Below the pieces are notes generated by a model, which did not search any database, was not told the DNA's origin, and saw nothing but the letters and a program-made list of their open reading frames with translations. The position numbers and the translations under genes are program-made. This document shows positions 39,011 through 50,367 of a DNA stretch of 64,000 nucleotides, in pieces. Positions within the stretch are counted from its first letter, which is position 1; each line of letters starts with the position of its first letter. Origin of the DNA: an uncultured delta proteobacterium (lineage in GTDB: Bacteria > Myxococcota > Kuafuiibacteriia > Kuafuiibacteriales > Kuafuiibacteriaceae). The stretch is from contig CAWDML010000001.1 in assembly GCA_963803435.1 (NCBI GenBank), positions 32,001 to 96,000 on the forward strand, in the 5' to 3' direction.

Positions 39011-39026
39011 GGCAAAGCGCACGCCA
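39011..39026 (-). promoter_or_regulatory. Candidate sigma54 promoter
   Basis: TGGCGTGCGCTTTGCC (GG-N10-GC with TTGC), 14 nt upstream of ATG 38996. Confidence 0.55.
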
Positions 39027-39120
39027 CGCGGTGCGGCTCGCGCATCGGCGGCGAGTGTCGCATCGTCCCCTCAGTCTGATGATTGCAGCCGGCAACGTGC
39101 GGGCTCGACGCCCCAGGATC

Positions 39121-40143
39121 TCAGAACAACAGGCCGCGGTAGCGCTCGAGATCCTCGAGGACGTTACCGACACCGTTCACCACGGCGAGGAGTGGATCCT
39201 CGGCCACGATCACCGGGATGCCGGTCTCCTCCCGGAGCACCTTGTCGAGCCCGGCGATCTGGGCGCCGCCGCCGACCAGAACGATGCCGCGCTCCGCCAG
39301 GTCGGCGGAGAGCTCCGGTGGGGTGCGCTCCAGCACGGAGCGCGTGGCCTCGACGATGACGTGGACCACGTCGGAGAGCGCCTCCATGACATCGTCGCCG
39401 GTGAACTTGATGGAGCGGGGCACGCCGGAGATCAGGTCGCGGCCCTTGGTCTCCATCTCGGTGTTCGGCGCCGAGGGGTGGACCTTCCCGATCCGCACCT
39501 TGATGCCCTCGGCCGTTCGCTCGCCGATCAGGATGTTGGAGCGGCGCCGCACGTACTGGATGATGGCGTCGTCCATCCGATCACCCGCGACCTTCAGCGT
39601 GCGATACGTGACGAGACCACCCAGCGAGATCACCGCGATGTCGGTGGTGCCGCCGCCGATGTCGATGATCATGCTGCCGCGGGCGTCCAGCACGGGGAGG
39701 CCGGCGCCCACCGCGGCCGCCATCGGCTGCTCGATCAGGAGCACCTCGCGCACGCCAGCGCCGAGCGCGGCCTCGCGGACCGCCTTGGTCTCGACGTCGG
39801 TGATGCCGGCGGGGATCGAGATGACGAGGCGCGAGCGGATCAGATGGTTCCGCTTGTGGGCGCGACGGATGAAGTACTTGAGCATCGCCTCGGTGACGGC
39901 GAAGTCCGCGATGACGCCCTCGCGCATGGGACGGATCGCTTCGATGTTGCCCGGCGTCTTGCCGAGCATCTCCTTGGCCTCGTGACCGACCGCGACCACC
40001 TTCCGGTTGTTGCCCTTGGTGATGGCGACGACCGAGGGCTCGTCGAGCACGATCCCGCGACCCCGCATGTGGACCAGCGTGTTGGCTGTTCCCAGATCGA
40101 TCGCGATGTCCTGAGAGAACATCCCGAGGAACCGATCGAACAC
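39121..40143 (-). CDS. mreB: Rod shape-determining protein MreB
   Basis: IDLGTANT, EPSVVA, GVIADF, DIGGGTT, LERTPPEL. Confidence 0.95.
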   Translation of the reverse strand: MFDRFLGMFSQDIAIDLGTANTLVHMRGRGIVLDEPSVVAITKGNNRKVVAVGHEAKEMLGKTPGNIEAIRPMREGVIADFAVTEAMLKYFIRRAHKRNHLIRSRLVISIPAGITDVETKAVREAALGAGVREVLLIEQPMAAAVGAGLPVLDARGSMIIDIGGGTTDIAVISLGGLVTYRTLKVAGDRMDDAIIQYVRRRSNILIGERTAEGIKVRIGKVHPSAPNTEMETKGRDLISGVPRSIKFTGDDVMEALSDVVHVIVEATRSVLERTPPELSADLAERGIVLVGGGAQIAGLDKVLREETGIPVIVAEDPLLAVVNGVGNVLEDLERYRGLLF

Positions 40144-40162
40144 GGTCCCTCGCGTACCAGCG

Positions 40163-40624
40163 CTAACTTCTCTTGTCGAGGCTCTGGCGGACCGCTTTCA
40201 GCGCGTCGAGGTTCTGAACGTGGGAGAGCGCGGCCATCATGTGCTCTTTCGTCGCCTCGAGGAGGGCGTCGACCTCGGTCGAGCTCACCCCCAGCTGGGG
40301 GGACCATTCGCGGATCAGATCGTCCTCGGCCTGCGCATACTCGCCGTCCGCGAAGGCCAGGAGGATCAGGCTCTTGACGAACATCTTGGCGAGCTCCGGG
40401 GTGTCGAAGAGCGCCTTCGCGCGCTCGATCGCGAACGATCCGCGTGCGACCTCCTCCAGCTTGGGATCGCCCGCGCGCGCGCAGCCTTGATAGAACTCGC
40501 GGATCATCGACATCTCGTTGTCGTGGATGCCGTCGACCTTCGCCAGCGCCATCAGCGCGTGGGTGAGCACCTTGACCTGTTCGAAGGTGAGCTCCTGTTC
40601 GGCGAAGAAGCTGGGAACCGTCAT
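40163..40624 (-). CDS. TerB-like family protein
   Basis: ALAKVDG...E and LAFADG....E motifs. Confidence 0.7.
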   Translation of the reverse strand: MTVPSFFAEQELTFEQVKVLTHALMALAKVDGIHDNEMSMIREFYQGCARAGDPKLEEVARGSFAIERAKALFDTPELAKMFVKSLILLAFADGEYAQAEDDLIREWSPQLGVSSTEVDALLEATKEHMMAALSHVQNLDALKAVRQSLDKRS

Positions 40625-40653
40625 GGTGCCCGCGTTCTAGCGTCCCCCGGGCC

Positions 40654-41712
40654 TCAGGGCAAGGCGACGCGATAGCGGAGGCCCTGCGAGGCGCGGTAGG
40701 TGACCGAGAGCGCCCCACCCCCCTGGACGGTGGCGCTGGCGGTGGTCTCCCGATCGTACCGGATCTCGAGGTAGACCGGCGGGGTGGGTGCTTCACCGAG
40801 GAAGCTGGAGACCGCGCCGGGCGGGATGGCATAGGCGCCATCGTCGTCCACCAAGCAGGTCAGGACCACCTCGCGCGGGACGTCGAAGACCTCGACCGTG
40901 ATCACGCCGTTCGACAGCTCGCTGGGCCGCCACAGCAGCTGGGGTGACGGGCTGATCGCGACGACCGATCCGCGCGGATACGAGAGGTCCTCGAACAAGA
41001 ACGGGGGCGCCGGAACCTGGACCAGCGTGCTGTCGACCGAGCCGGAGGTGCCGGTCCCGAAGATCTGGAACGAGGCGAACCGCGACTTGTTGTAGATGCG
41101 CTGGACCGGATCCTGGACCGGCTCGAAGCGGCCGTTCCCCACCGGATACATGGAGAAGGGAGAGAACGGCTGCGGTCCCGGGATCACCGAGATCTCCTGG
41201 GCCTCGAAGCCCGTGACGCTGCCACCGGTGAGCCGGCGCGTCGACACCCGGCAGGAGGTGCCCTCCGGGTCCACGAACGTCTGATCGGTGACGGCGTAGG
41301 CGGCGGCGTCCAGGTGCTGGAGGAGGCCGAGCGCGTGAAAGGCCGAGGTCGTCTCGCTGTCGTAGAGCTCGCCGGCCCAGACGAAGCCGAGGTCGCCCTG
41401 GCTGGGGAGCGTTCCCACGCCTGCGTCGCCGCTCGGGGCGCCGCCGTCCGGCCGGGGGCCCGCGTCGGGCGCGCCGGTTGCGGCGTCGAACCCGCCGGCA
41501 TCCGTGAGCACGCTCGCATCGCCGCCGGCGCGCTGCCCGCTGTCCTGTACGCCCGCATCTCGAAGCGGGGGCTGGCCGCCGGTGCTCTTTTCGCACAGGC
41601 CGCGGACGCACACCTCGTCGCCCGCGCAGTCGGAGAGGGCCGCACACTGCCGGTGATCGCACGCAGCTCCCAGCAGGCAGCTGCCGGCGAGGAACCCGAA
41701 GGCAAGCCGCAT
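40654..41712 (-). CDS. Putative Cys-rich lipoprotein (paralogue A)
   Basis: LLGAA-C, C..LSDC..DEVC..GLC module, DAG-rich linker, beta domain. Alternative start 41721. Confidence 0.75.
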   Translation of the reverse strand: MRLAFGFLAGSCLLGAACDHRQCAALSDCAGDEVCVRGLCEKSTGGQPPLRDAGVQDSGQRAGGDASVLTDAGGFDAATGAPDAGPRPDGGAPSGDAGVGTLPSQGDLGFVWAGELYDSETTSAFHALGLLQHLDAAAYAVTDQTFVDPEGTSCRVSTRRLTGGSVTGFEAQEISVIPGPQPFSPFSMYPVGNGRFEPVQDPVQRIYNKSRFASFQIFGTGTSGSVDSTLVQVPAPPFLFEDLSYPRGSVVAISPSPQLLWRPSELSNGVITVEVFDVPREVVLTCLVDDDGAYAIPPGAVSSFLGEAPTPPVYLEIRYDRETTASATVQGGGALSVTYRASQGLRYRVALP

Positions 41713-41761
41713 CCTCGTCATTATGGCCCGGATCCCGCTTCGGGTCGTACAATCTGTCTCG

Positions 41762-43294
41762 ATGCAGGATCGAACCGCCAGCAAGCAGGCGCGCCTGTTG
41801 GCCGATGCGACCGCACTTCTTCAGGATCTCGGCCTCACCAGCGCCACCGCCCTCGACCCCACACGGCGCATATTCGTGAACAGGAACCTCCGTTTCGACC
41901 AGATTCGATGCGTCGGGTTCGACATGGACTACACCGTCGCAAGCTACGTGAAGCGGAGCATCGAGGAGCTGTCGTTTCGAATGACCGCGGAGCGGCTGGT
42001 GAAGAAGCACGGCTACCCCGAAGAGATCGTGGAGATTCCGTACGATCCGAGCTTCGTCGTCCGGGGGCTCTGCATCGACAAGCGGCTCGGCAACATCATC
42101 AAGATGGACGGCCACAACCACGTGGGACGCGTCTTCCACGGGCGGCGGCTCCTCGACAAGGAGGAGCGCCGGCGCTGCTACCGCAACGTCAAGATCCGGC
42201 TGGCGGCGGCGCGCTATCACTGGATCGACACGCTGTTCGCCCTCCCGGAGGCGGCGCTCTACGCCGACATCATCGAGCTGTACGAGCGGACGCTCGGGAT
42301 CAAGAAGGTCGCGTACGGGAAGCTCTTCGAGGACATCCGCGCGGCGATCGACGAGTGTCATCGCGACGGATCGCTCAAGGCGATCGTGAAGAGCGACCTC
42401 AACCACTACATCAAGGAGGACCCGGAGCTCCCGCTGACGCTGCACAAGCTCCGCTCCGCCGGCAAGCGGCTCTTCCTGCTCACGAACTCCTACTGGGACT
42501 ACACGAACACGGTCATGAGCTTCGTGCTCGACGGCAAGCTCACCGAGTACCCGCGCTGGCGGAACTACTTCGACGTCATCGTCGTCGGCGCGCAGAAGCC
42601 CGCGTTCTTCACGCAGAATAATCCATTCAAACGAATCGACACGAAGAGCGGCGAGCTGGTCGAGGAGGTGGTCACCCACTTCGAGCACCGCGGGGTCTAC
42701 CAGGGCGGCAGCATCGGCCGCTTCGAGGAGCTCCTGGGCGATCGGGGCGACAATGTCCTCTACGTGGGCGACCACATCTACGGCGACATCATCCGTTCGA
42801 AGAAGGACTCGCTCTGGCGCACGGCGCTGATCCTCGAGGAGCTGGAGACCGAGCTCCTGCTGGCGCGCCAGCACCAGCGGGTGCAGTCGGATCTGATCGC
42901 GCTCGAGGAGCACCGCACCGCGATCGATCACGAGATCATGATCCTCAAGCTGAAGCTCTCGGCCATCGAGCAGGCCCTCGACGACGACAGCACGAAGGAC
43001 CGGGCGGACGATCTGAACCGCGCCAAGAAGCAGCTGCGCATGCTGCTCGATCGCAAACGCCGCGACCTGCGGGCCGCGATCTCGCGCCGCGAGCATCTGA
43101 GTCAGGAGGTCGACGCCGGCTACAACCCGTTCTGGGGGAGCGTGTTCAAGGAGGGGACCGAGGCCAGCCGGTTCGGCGAGCAGGTCGAGGACTACGCGTG
43201 CATTTATACGAGCCGGGTGTCGAACTTCATCGCGTACTCACCCAGCCAGTATTTCCGAGCGCCGCGACATTGGATGCCGCACGAAAAGATCTGA
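41762..43294 (+). CDS. HAD-superfamily 5'-nucleotidase (cN-II family)
   Basis: IFVNR, GFDMDYT, LLTNS, KPAFF, YVGDHIYGDI, YACIYTSRVSN. Confidence 0.93.
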   Translation: MQDRTASKQARLLADATALLQDLGLTSATALDPTRRIFVNRNLRFDQIRCVGFDMDYTVASYVKRSIEELSFRMTAERLVKKHGYPEEIVEIPYDPSFVVRGLCIDKRLGNIIKMDGHNHVGRVFHGRRLLDKEERRRCYRNVKIRLAAARYHWIDTLFALPEAALYADIIELYERTLGIKKVAYGKLFEDIRAAIDECHRDGSLKAIVKSDLNHYIKEDPELPLTLHKLRSAGKRLFLLTNSYWDYTNTVMSFVLDGKLTEYPRWRNYFDVIVVGAQKPAFFTQNNPFKRIDTKSGELVEEVVTHFEHRGVYQGGSIGRFEELLGDRGDNVLYVGDHIYGDIIRSKKDSLWRTALILEELETELLLARQHQRVQSDLIALEEHRTAIDHEIMILKLKLSAIEQALDDDSTKDRADDLNRAKKQLRMLLDRKRRDLRAAISRREHLSQEVDAGYNPFWGSVFKEGTEASRFGEQVEDYACIYTSRVSNFIAYSPSQYFRAPRHWMPHEKI

Positions 43295-43376
43295 TGCGGT
43301 GGGGGAGACTCGAACTCCCATGCCTCTCGGCGCCACCCCCTCAAGATGGTGTGTCTACCAATTTCACCACCACCGC
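43295..43376 (-). tRNA. tRNA-Leu (GAG), CCA not encoded
   Basis: GCGGTGG...TGGTAGAC...CCATC TT GAG GG GGTGG, long variable arm, GTTCGAG, CCACCGC-A; usual position after secG. Confidence 0.96.
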
Positions 43377-43413
43377 ATGTTTCGAGAGCTTCTAACCAAG
43401 GCCACGAGGATCG

Positions 43414-43764
43414 TCAAGGCTGCGCGCTCTGGCTCGACGTCGGCGCGCCTACCTGGTGCGTGCCCTCGTCCGGCGTCTTCCCGGACGTGTCGGCCGGGAC
43501 GGGCTTGTCCGGGACGTCCGAGACCACCGACCGGGACCGCGACGAGAAGTACGACAGGCCCATGCTGGTGCACATGAAGATGATCGCCGCAGCGGTGGTC
43601 ATCTTGGTCAGGAACGTGGCCGCCCCGCGGCTGCCGAACACCGTGCCAGAGCTGCCCCCGCCGAACACCGCGCTCACGCCGCCCCCCTTGCCGCTCTGAA
43701 GCAGGATGATCGGGAGCATGCCGATGCAGACGAGGATGTGGAGGATGTAGAGCGCGGTCTCCAT
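43414..43764 (-). CDS. secG: Preprotein translocase subunit SecG
   Basis: ILLQSGKGGG...FGG...FGSRG..FLTKMT; follows tpiA. Confidence 0.95.
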   Translation of the reverse strand: METALYILHILVCIGMLPIILLQSGKGGGVSAVFGGGSSGTVFGSRGAATFLTKMTTAAAIIFMCTSMGLSYFSSRSRSVVSDVPDKPVPADTSGKTPDEGTHQVGAPTSSQSAQP

Positions 43765-43799
43765 CTCGGAGGCCTTTGAATGCTATCCGGGCCGGCAGG

Positions 43800-44558
43800 T
43801 CAAGGCTTGGCCGCGCGGCAGATCGCCGAAAAAGCGTCGGGTTTGAGCGAGGCGCCGCCGATGAGCCCGCCGTCGATGTCGGGCTGGCCCAGCAGATCCC
43901 GGGCGTTCTCTGCGTTCATCGAGCCCCCATACTGGATCCGCAGCTGGCCGGCGCCCTCGGCCCCGAAGAGCGCGGCCAGGCGCGCGCGCAGGTGGGCATG
44001 GACCTCCTGGGCCTGCGCCGGGGTCGCCGTCCGGCCCGTGCCGATGGCCCAGACCGGCTCGTAGGCCACCACCAGATCGGGGACCCGGTCGGGTCCGAGG
44101 CCCCCGAGCCCGACCTCGAGCTGCGCGCTCACCACCGCCAGGGTCTGGTTCTTCTCGCGCTCCTCGAGCGTCTCGCCCAGGCAGTAGATGACGCGGAGAC
44201 CGGCCGAGAGCACGGCGTGAATCTTCTTCGCGCAGCTCTCGTTGGTCTCACCGAAGGACGTCCGCCGCTCGCTGTGCCCGATGATCACGTAGCGCGTCCC
44301 GACCTCCTTCAGCATGGCCGCCGAGACCTCGCCCGTGTAGGCGCCCTGCGTCTCGTGATGGCAGTTCTGCGCCGCCAGCGCGAGCTTCGTGCCGGTGAGA
44401 CGCTTGCCCACGGCGTGGAGCGCGGTGAACGGCGGCGCCACCGCGACCTCGACGCCGGCGAGCGGCTCGAGGCTCGGCATCAGCGCGTCGACCAGCGCCA
44501 CCGCCTCACCGACGGTCTTGTGCATCTTCCAGTTGCCGCAGACGAACGGGATTCTCAT
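43800..44558 (-). CDS. tpiA: Triosephosphate isomerase
   Basis: [27 protein letters not shown]. Confidence 0.98.
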   Translation of the reverse strand: MRIPFVCGNWKMHKTVGEAVALVDALMPSLEPLAGVEVAVAPPFTALHAVGKRLTGTKLALAAQNCHHETQGAYTGEVSAAMLKEVGTRYVIIGHSERRTSFGETNESCAKKIHAVLSAGLRVIYCLGETLEEREKNQTLAVVSAQLEVGLGGLGPDRVPDLVVAYEPVWAIGTGRTATPAQAQEVHAHLRARLAALFGAEGAGQLRIQYGGSMNAENARDLLGQPDIDGGLIGGASLKPDAFSAICRAAKP

Positions 44559-45733
44559 CGCTCCTCCAGTGCCTTCACGCCGGGGAGCTGCTTGCCCTCG
44601 ACGAACTCCATGCTGGCGCCGCCGCCGGTCGACACGTGCGTGATCTTATCCTCGAGCCCGGCCTTGTTGAGCGCCGCCACCGAGTCGCCGCCGCCGACCA
44701 CGCTGATCGCGCCGCTGTCGGCGACCGCGTGCGCGATGGCGTTGGTGCCGGCGGCGAAGCTGTCCCACTCGAACACGCCCATGGGCCCGTTCCAGAAGAT
44801 CGTCTTCGCCTCGTGGATCACGCGGGCGTAGCGCTCGCGAGTCTTGGGCCCGATGTCGAGCCCCATCCGATCGTCGTGGATCTCGGTGACCACCTCGGGC
44901 GTGGCGTGCTCGTCGAAGGTCGCCGCCACCACGTGATCCTCCGGGAGCAAGAGCTGCACCTTCCGGGCGGAGGCCGCCTTCATGATCTTCTCGGCCAGCT
45001 CCACGGCGTCGGCCTCGAGGCGGCTCTTGCCGATCTTCTTCCCGCGCGCCGCCAGAAACGTGTACGCCATGGCGCCGCCGATCAGGATCACGTTCACGCG
45101 CTCCACCAGGCTGGTGAGGATGCCGATCTTGTCGCTGACCTTGGCCCCGCCGATGATCGCCACGAAGGGCTGCTTGGGCGACTCGAGGATCTGTCCCAGG
45201 TGCTCGAGCTCCTTCATCATCAAGAGGCCGGCGCCCTTGTCGCGGACGAAGCGGACCATCCCCACCGTGGAAGCGTGCGCCCGATGCGCGGTGCCGAAGG
45301 CGTCGTTGATGTAGACGTCGATGCCGTCGGCCAGGGCGCGGGCGAAGTCCTCGTCGTTCTTCTCCTCACCCTTGTGAAAGCGCAGGTTCTCCAGAAGGAG
45401 CACGTCGCCCTCGCGGAGGTCGCGGATGTTCTTCTTGACGCCGTCGCCGACGCAGTCGTCGGCGAACACCACGTCCTTACCCAGGAGCTCCGCCAGGCGC
45501 TTGCCCACCGGCTCGAGGGACATGTCGGGCTGCGGCTTGCCGCCCGGACGCCCCAGGTGCGAGGCCAGCACCACGCGTGCGCCCTGCTCGATCGCCAGCT
45601 CGATCGTGGGGAGCGACGCGCGGATGCGGGTGTCGTCGGCGACCTCGCCGTCCGGTGTCAGCGGAACGTTGAAGTCGACGCGGATGAACGTCGCCCGACC
45701 TCGAAGGTCGAGCGCATCGATGCGAGCAACCAT
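44555..45733 (-). CDS. pgk: Phosphoglycerate kinase
   Basis: [35 protein letters not shown]. Confidence 0.98.
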   Translation of the reverse strand: MVARIDALDLRGRATFIRVDFNVPLTPDGEVADDTRIRASLPTIELAIEQGARVVLASHLGRPGGKPQPDMSLEPVGKRLAELLGKDVVFADDCVGDGVKKNIRDLREGDVLLLENLRFHKGEEKNDEDFARALADGIDVYINDAFGTAHRAHASTVGMVRFVRDKGAGLLMMKELEHLGQILESPKQPFVAIIGGAKVSDKIGILTSLVERVNVILIGGAMAYTFLAARGKKIGKSRLEADAVELAEKIMKAASARKVQLLLPEDHVVAATFDEHATPEVVTEIHDDRMGLDIGPKTRERYARVIHEAKTIFWNGPMGVFEWDSFAAGTNAIAHAVADSGAISVVGGGDSVAALNKAGLEDKITHVSTGGGASMEFVEGKQLPGVKALEER

Positions 45734-45743
45734 TTCGTGAACC

Positions 45744-46757
<1,014 letters not shown>

Positions 46758-46809
46758 GGGCTGCTCCTAGCGCTTTACGCAGGCCGTGTCACGGGCTACG
46801 CAAGCAGGG

Positions 46810-48438
46810 ATGAGCGCCATTTTCGTCGTGCCGGAGCCGAGGAACGAACCCGTCCTGAGCTTTTCAGCTCAAAGCGCAGAACGGAAGGCGCTCAAGGCCG
46901 CGCTCCAGAGCTCCGCGGAGGCGGTCGCAAACCTCCCGCTGTACGTCGCAGGCGAGCGCGTCGAGACCGGCAAGACCAACGACGTGGTGATGCCGCACGA
47001 TCACCGCCGCGTCATCGGACGGTGGCACATCGCCACGAGCGCGCAGGTGGACCAGGCGATCAAAGCCGCGGAGGCGTCCCGCCCGGCGTGGGCGGCCCTC
47101 TCCTTCGAGGCCCGCGCGGCCATCCTGTTGAAGGCGGCCGACCTCCTCACCGGGCCGTGGCGGTACCGGATGCTGGCCGCGACCATGCTCGGGCAGTCCA
47201 AGACCGCCCACCAGGCCGAGATCGACTGCGTGTGCGAGCTCGCCGACTTCTGGCGCTTCAACGTCGCCTTCGCCGATCGCATCATCCGCGAGCAACCGCT
47301 CTCCACGCCCGGAGTGTGGAACCGGCTCGAATACCGCCCGCTGGACGGCTTCGTCTTCGCCGTCACTCCGTTCAACTTCACCGCCATCGGCGGCAACCTG
47401 CCCACCGCGCCGGCGCTGATGGGCAACACGGTGATCTGGAAGCCCGCCTCCACGGCGATGTTCTCGGCGTCGGTGGTGATGCAGATCCTCGAAGAGGCCG
47501 GCCTGCCGCCGGGCGTGATCAACCTGGTCGGCGGCAACGCGGCGCAGATCAGCGACGCCGTCCTCGGGTCGCCGCACCTTGGCGGCATCCACTTCACCGG
47601 CAGCACCAGCACCTTCCAGCACCTCTGGTCGACGGTCGGGAAGAACATCGCGCGCTATCGACAGTACCCGCGGCTGGTGGGCGAGACCGGCGGCAAGGAC
47701 TTCATCTTCGTCCACTCGAGCACGGACGAGGACGCGCTGATCACCGCCATCATTCGGGGCGGCTACGAATACCAGGGCCAGAAGTGCAGCGCCGCCTCGC
47801 GCGTCTACGTGCCGAAGAGCGTGTGGAAGCGGATCCAGCCCCGCCTCGCCGACGAGATCCAGGCCATCACCATGGGCGACGTCTCGGACTTCTCCAACTT
47901 CATGGGTGCGGTCATCGACGCCAAGTCGTTCGCCAAGATCCGGAGCTACCTGGAGCTGGCCAAGGCGGACGCCGGCTGCCACGTGGTCGCCGGAGGGACC
48001 TGCGACGACAGCAACGGCTGGTTCGTGCGCCCGACCTTGATCCAGGCCGAGGACCCCAAGCACCCGTTGATGCGCGAGGAGATCTTCGGACCGGTCGTCA
48101 CCGTCTTCGCGTACGACGACGATCGGGAGGCCGAGGCCCTCGCGCTCTGCGACACGAGCTCGGACTACGCGCTGACCGGCGCCGTCTTCGGACGCGATCG
48201 CGGCGCGATCGAGCGGATCGCGCAGGCACTCTCGGGCGCGGCCGGCAACTTCTACATCAACGACAAGCCCACCGGTGCCGTGGTCGGCCAGCAGCCGTTC
48301 GGCGGCAGCCGCGCCTCCGGGACCAACGACAAGGCCGGGAGCGCGCTCAACCTGATGCGGTGGGTCTCCCCGCGTTCGATCAAGGAGACGTTCGTACCGG
48401 CGACCAACTACCGCTACCCGTTCATGGACGAGCCTTAA
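46810..48438 (+). CDS. pruA: L-glutamate gamma-semialdehyde (P5C) dehydrogenase
   Basis: PFNFTAIGGNL, FTGS, GETGGK, EYQGQKCSA, NDKPTGAVVGQQPFGG. Confidence 0.95.
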   Translation: MSAIFVVPEPRNEPVLSFSAQSAERKALKAALQSSAEAVANLPLYVAGERVETGKTNDVVMPHDHRRVIGRWHIATSAQVDQAIKAAEASRPAWAALSFEARAAILLKAADLLTGPWRYRMLAATMLGQSKTAHQAEIDCVCELADFWRFNVAFADRIIREQPLSTPGVWNRLEYRPLDGFVFAVTPFNFTAIGGNLPTAPALMGNTVIWKPASTAMFSASVVMQILEEAGLPPGVINLVGGNAAQISDAVLGSPHLGGIHFTGSTSTFQHLWSTVGKNIARYRQYPRLVGETGGKDFIFVHSSTDEDALITAIIRGGYEYQGQKCSAASRVYVPKSVWKRIQPRLADEIQAITMGDVSDFSNFMGAVIDAKSFAKIRSYLELAKADAGCHVVAGGTCDDSNGWFVRPTLIQAEDPKHPLMREEIFGPVVTVFAYDDDREAEALALCDTSSDYALTGAVFGRDRGAIERIAQALSGAAGNFYINDKPTGAVVGQQPFGGSRASGTNDKAGSALNLMRWVSPRSIKETFVPATNYRYPFMDEP

Positions 48439-48439
48439 G

Positions 48440-49596
48440 GTGACCTCGAAGCCCGCTCTGAAACGCCCGCTCCTGGAGCGCGCCGGGGTGGGCTACTTCA
48501 AGCGCCGCCACCAGAAGCTCCCGCCCGTGGTGGCGGAGGACGCGATCCATTACCTGAACCCGAGCGAGCGGCGCGCGCTCCGGCGCATCCACCACCTCTG
48601 CGTGATGCGCGCGGGCCTGGTGGGCGTGACCTCGGCGAGCGTGGTGGGCTTCTTCGACGTCTATGTCTTCGATCCGAGCAACCCGATCACGTACTACCTC
48701 TCGGTCGGGCTCCTGACCGGCGTGCTGGCGGTCTTCGAGAATCGGCTTCCTCTACTGGGACGCGCTCCGCTCCGTCCACGATCTGTCCCACGCCGCCGGG
48801 CTCGATCTGTTCGGAGGCAGCGACGAGGAGGCGGAGGCGGTCGCCGCGGCGCTGGCCCGGGCCGCGCTCGAGCTGCCGAACCCGCCCGAGCGCGTCTTCG
48901 GGGTCGACCCGCGCAAGGAGGTCGGCAAGCTGCGCCTAGTCCTGGTCAGCCTCGCGTACAAGGCCAAGGTCGGCGTCACCAACTTCCTGGTGAAGGCGCT
49001 GATCCGGCGCGCCATGGGACGGGCGCTGATCCGCGGGCTCCTCTCCTTCGTCGCGGTCCCGGTGACCGCCAGCTGGAATGCCCTGGTCGCCTGGAAGGTG
49101 CTGCGCGAGGCCCGCATCCGCGTCCTGGGCCCGAGCGCGATCGAAGAGCTCTGCGGGATCATCTTCGAGGCCGGCGGGGAGCTCTCCCCGGTCGGGCGCG
49201 ACACCGTGGTCCGCGCCGTGGGCAGCTCGATCGGTGCGGACCCGCGACATCCACCCGAACCTCCAGCACCTCCTGGTCCACGTGACCCGCGTGCTGGCTG
49301 AGCCCGCCGACAAGGACGTCGACGATCCGAAGGTGTTCCTCGATCAGCTGGCCCGGTTGTCCGAGGACGAGAAGCTCACGGTCCTCCGCATCCTCAACGT
49401 CGCCAGCGTCATCGACGGCCGCCTCACCGTCGCCGAGATCGGGCTGGTGAAGGAGGCGATGGTGGCGAGCGGACACCCGGTCACCGCCCGGTTCGTCCGC
49501 CGGCTCAAGCGCGCGTTCGTGAGCGGTGACGCGGTCAATCGGCGGATGGTCCTGGAGGTGACGGAGCGGCCCGCACCGCTTACCGGAGCCGCGTAA
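48440..49596 (+). CDS. Hypothetical membrane protein split by two apparent +1 frameshifts (48740, 49233)
   Basis: Removing one A and one G gives a continuous reading ...VFE|IGFLYWDALRS...SSI|VRTRDIHPN... Confidence 0.7.
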
Positions 49597-49647
49597 TTCC
49601 CCGGTCGCCGCGCGTGAGCTCTAATCGAAGCCTCGGAGGTAGGGATT

Positions 49648-50011
49648 TTGGCGATTACCATCGGAACGCTCTTGAACCTCGGCCGCCCCAGAGGACGGGG
49701 GCCTGGACGACAGCTTCGCAAGCAAGTACGGCAGCCTGTTTCAGACCGACGGACAGCGCCTCACGGGCGAGTACGCCGACGCCGACATCGCCCGCAACAG
49801 CAATACCGCGCGCGCCAACCTCGAGCGCATCGCCGCCAAGAACCTCGCCGCCGGCGACACCGGTGTGGACACGTCGACCGGCGAGCGACGGAATCAGTTC
49901 GCAGCGCCGAGGAACCTGGAGGCGAAGAGCGTGGATCAGACGTCTCCCACCGAGAGCAACGTGCAGCTTCGCTCGCTGGCCACCGGCCCCGCCGGCGCCC
50001 TCAAAGCCTGA
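49648..50011 (+). CDS. Hypothetical ~120-aa protein with one apparent +1 frameshift (CCCC at 49686-49689)
   Basis: GGAGG before TTG 49648; after the shift a high-GC3 frame PEDGGLDDSFASKYG...GALKA* that has no suitable start of its own. Confidence 0.55.
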
Positions 50012-50367
50012 CGGCTAGGAGACTTGCTCCGATCGAACCTCGAGCTCTGTGGTCCTCGTCCACCATCGGCAGCACGACGCTCGACGGTCTGGGAGGCGAT
50101 GGCGCAGTTCTGCGCCACGCACTCGAGTGAGGGATGTAGAGGTAGTACGGGTTCACGTGCACTGGGCCCCTGTAGAAGGCTTGACCAGGAGGTCTCGTCT
50201 CCCAGCTACGACGTGCCGCCGCGTCCGTGCCGACCACCATCGCGGAGGGCTCGAAGCGCTCCCACGATCGAGACTACGCGCGGTTCTTGAACACCATCGC
50301 TTCTTTCACCTCACGGTCACCGCGTGGAGGTTCCGTGGGTCTCCCTCGCTTCTGGTCTCGCCCCCGT

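Noticed and set aside
43295-43376. tRNA-Leu as an island integration site
   Set aside because: No integrase and no duplicated tRNA 3' end seen in the window.
49790-49865. ANLERIAAKNLAAGDT as a flagellar rod-protein N-terminal motif
   Set aside because: Only a vague resemblance, wrong position in the protein and no flagellar context.
50001-50297. Short minus-strand ORF 50001-50240 with an upstream in-frame stop
   Set aside because: No motif or clear coding bias; it may be a decayed gene but I cannot support it.
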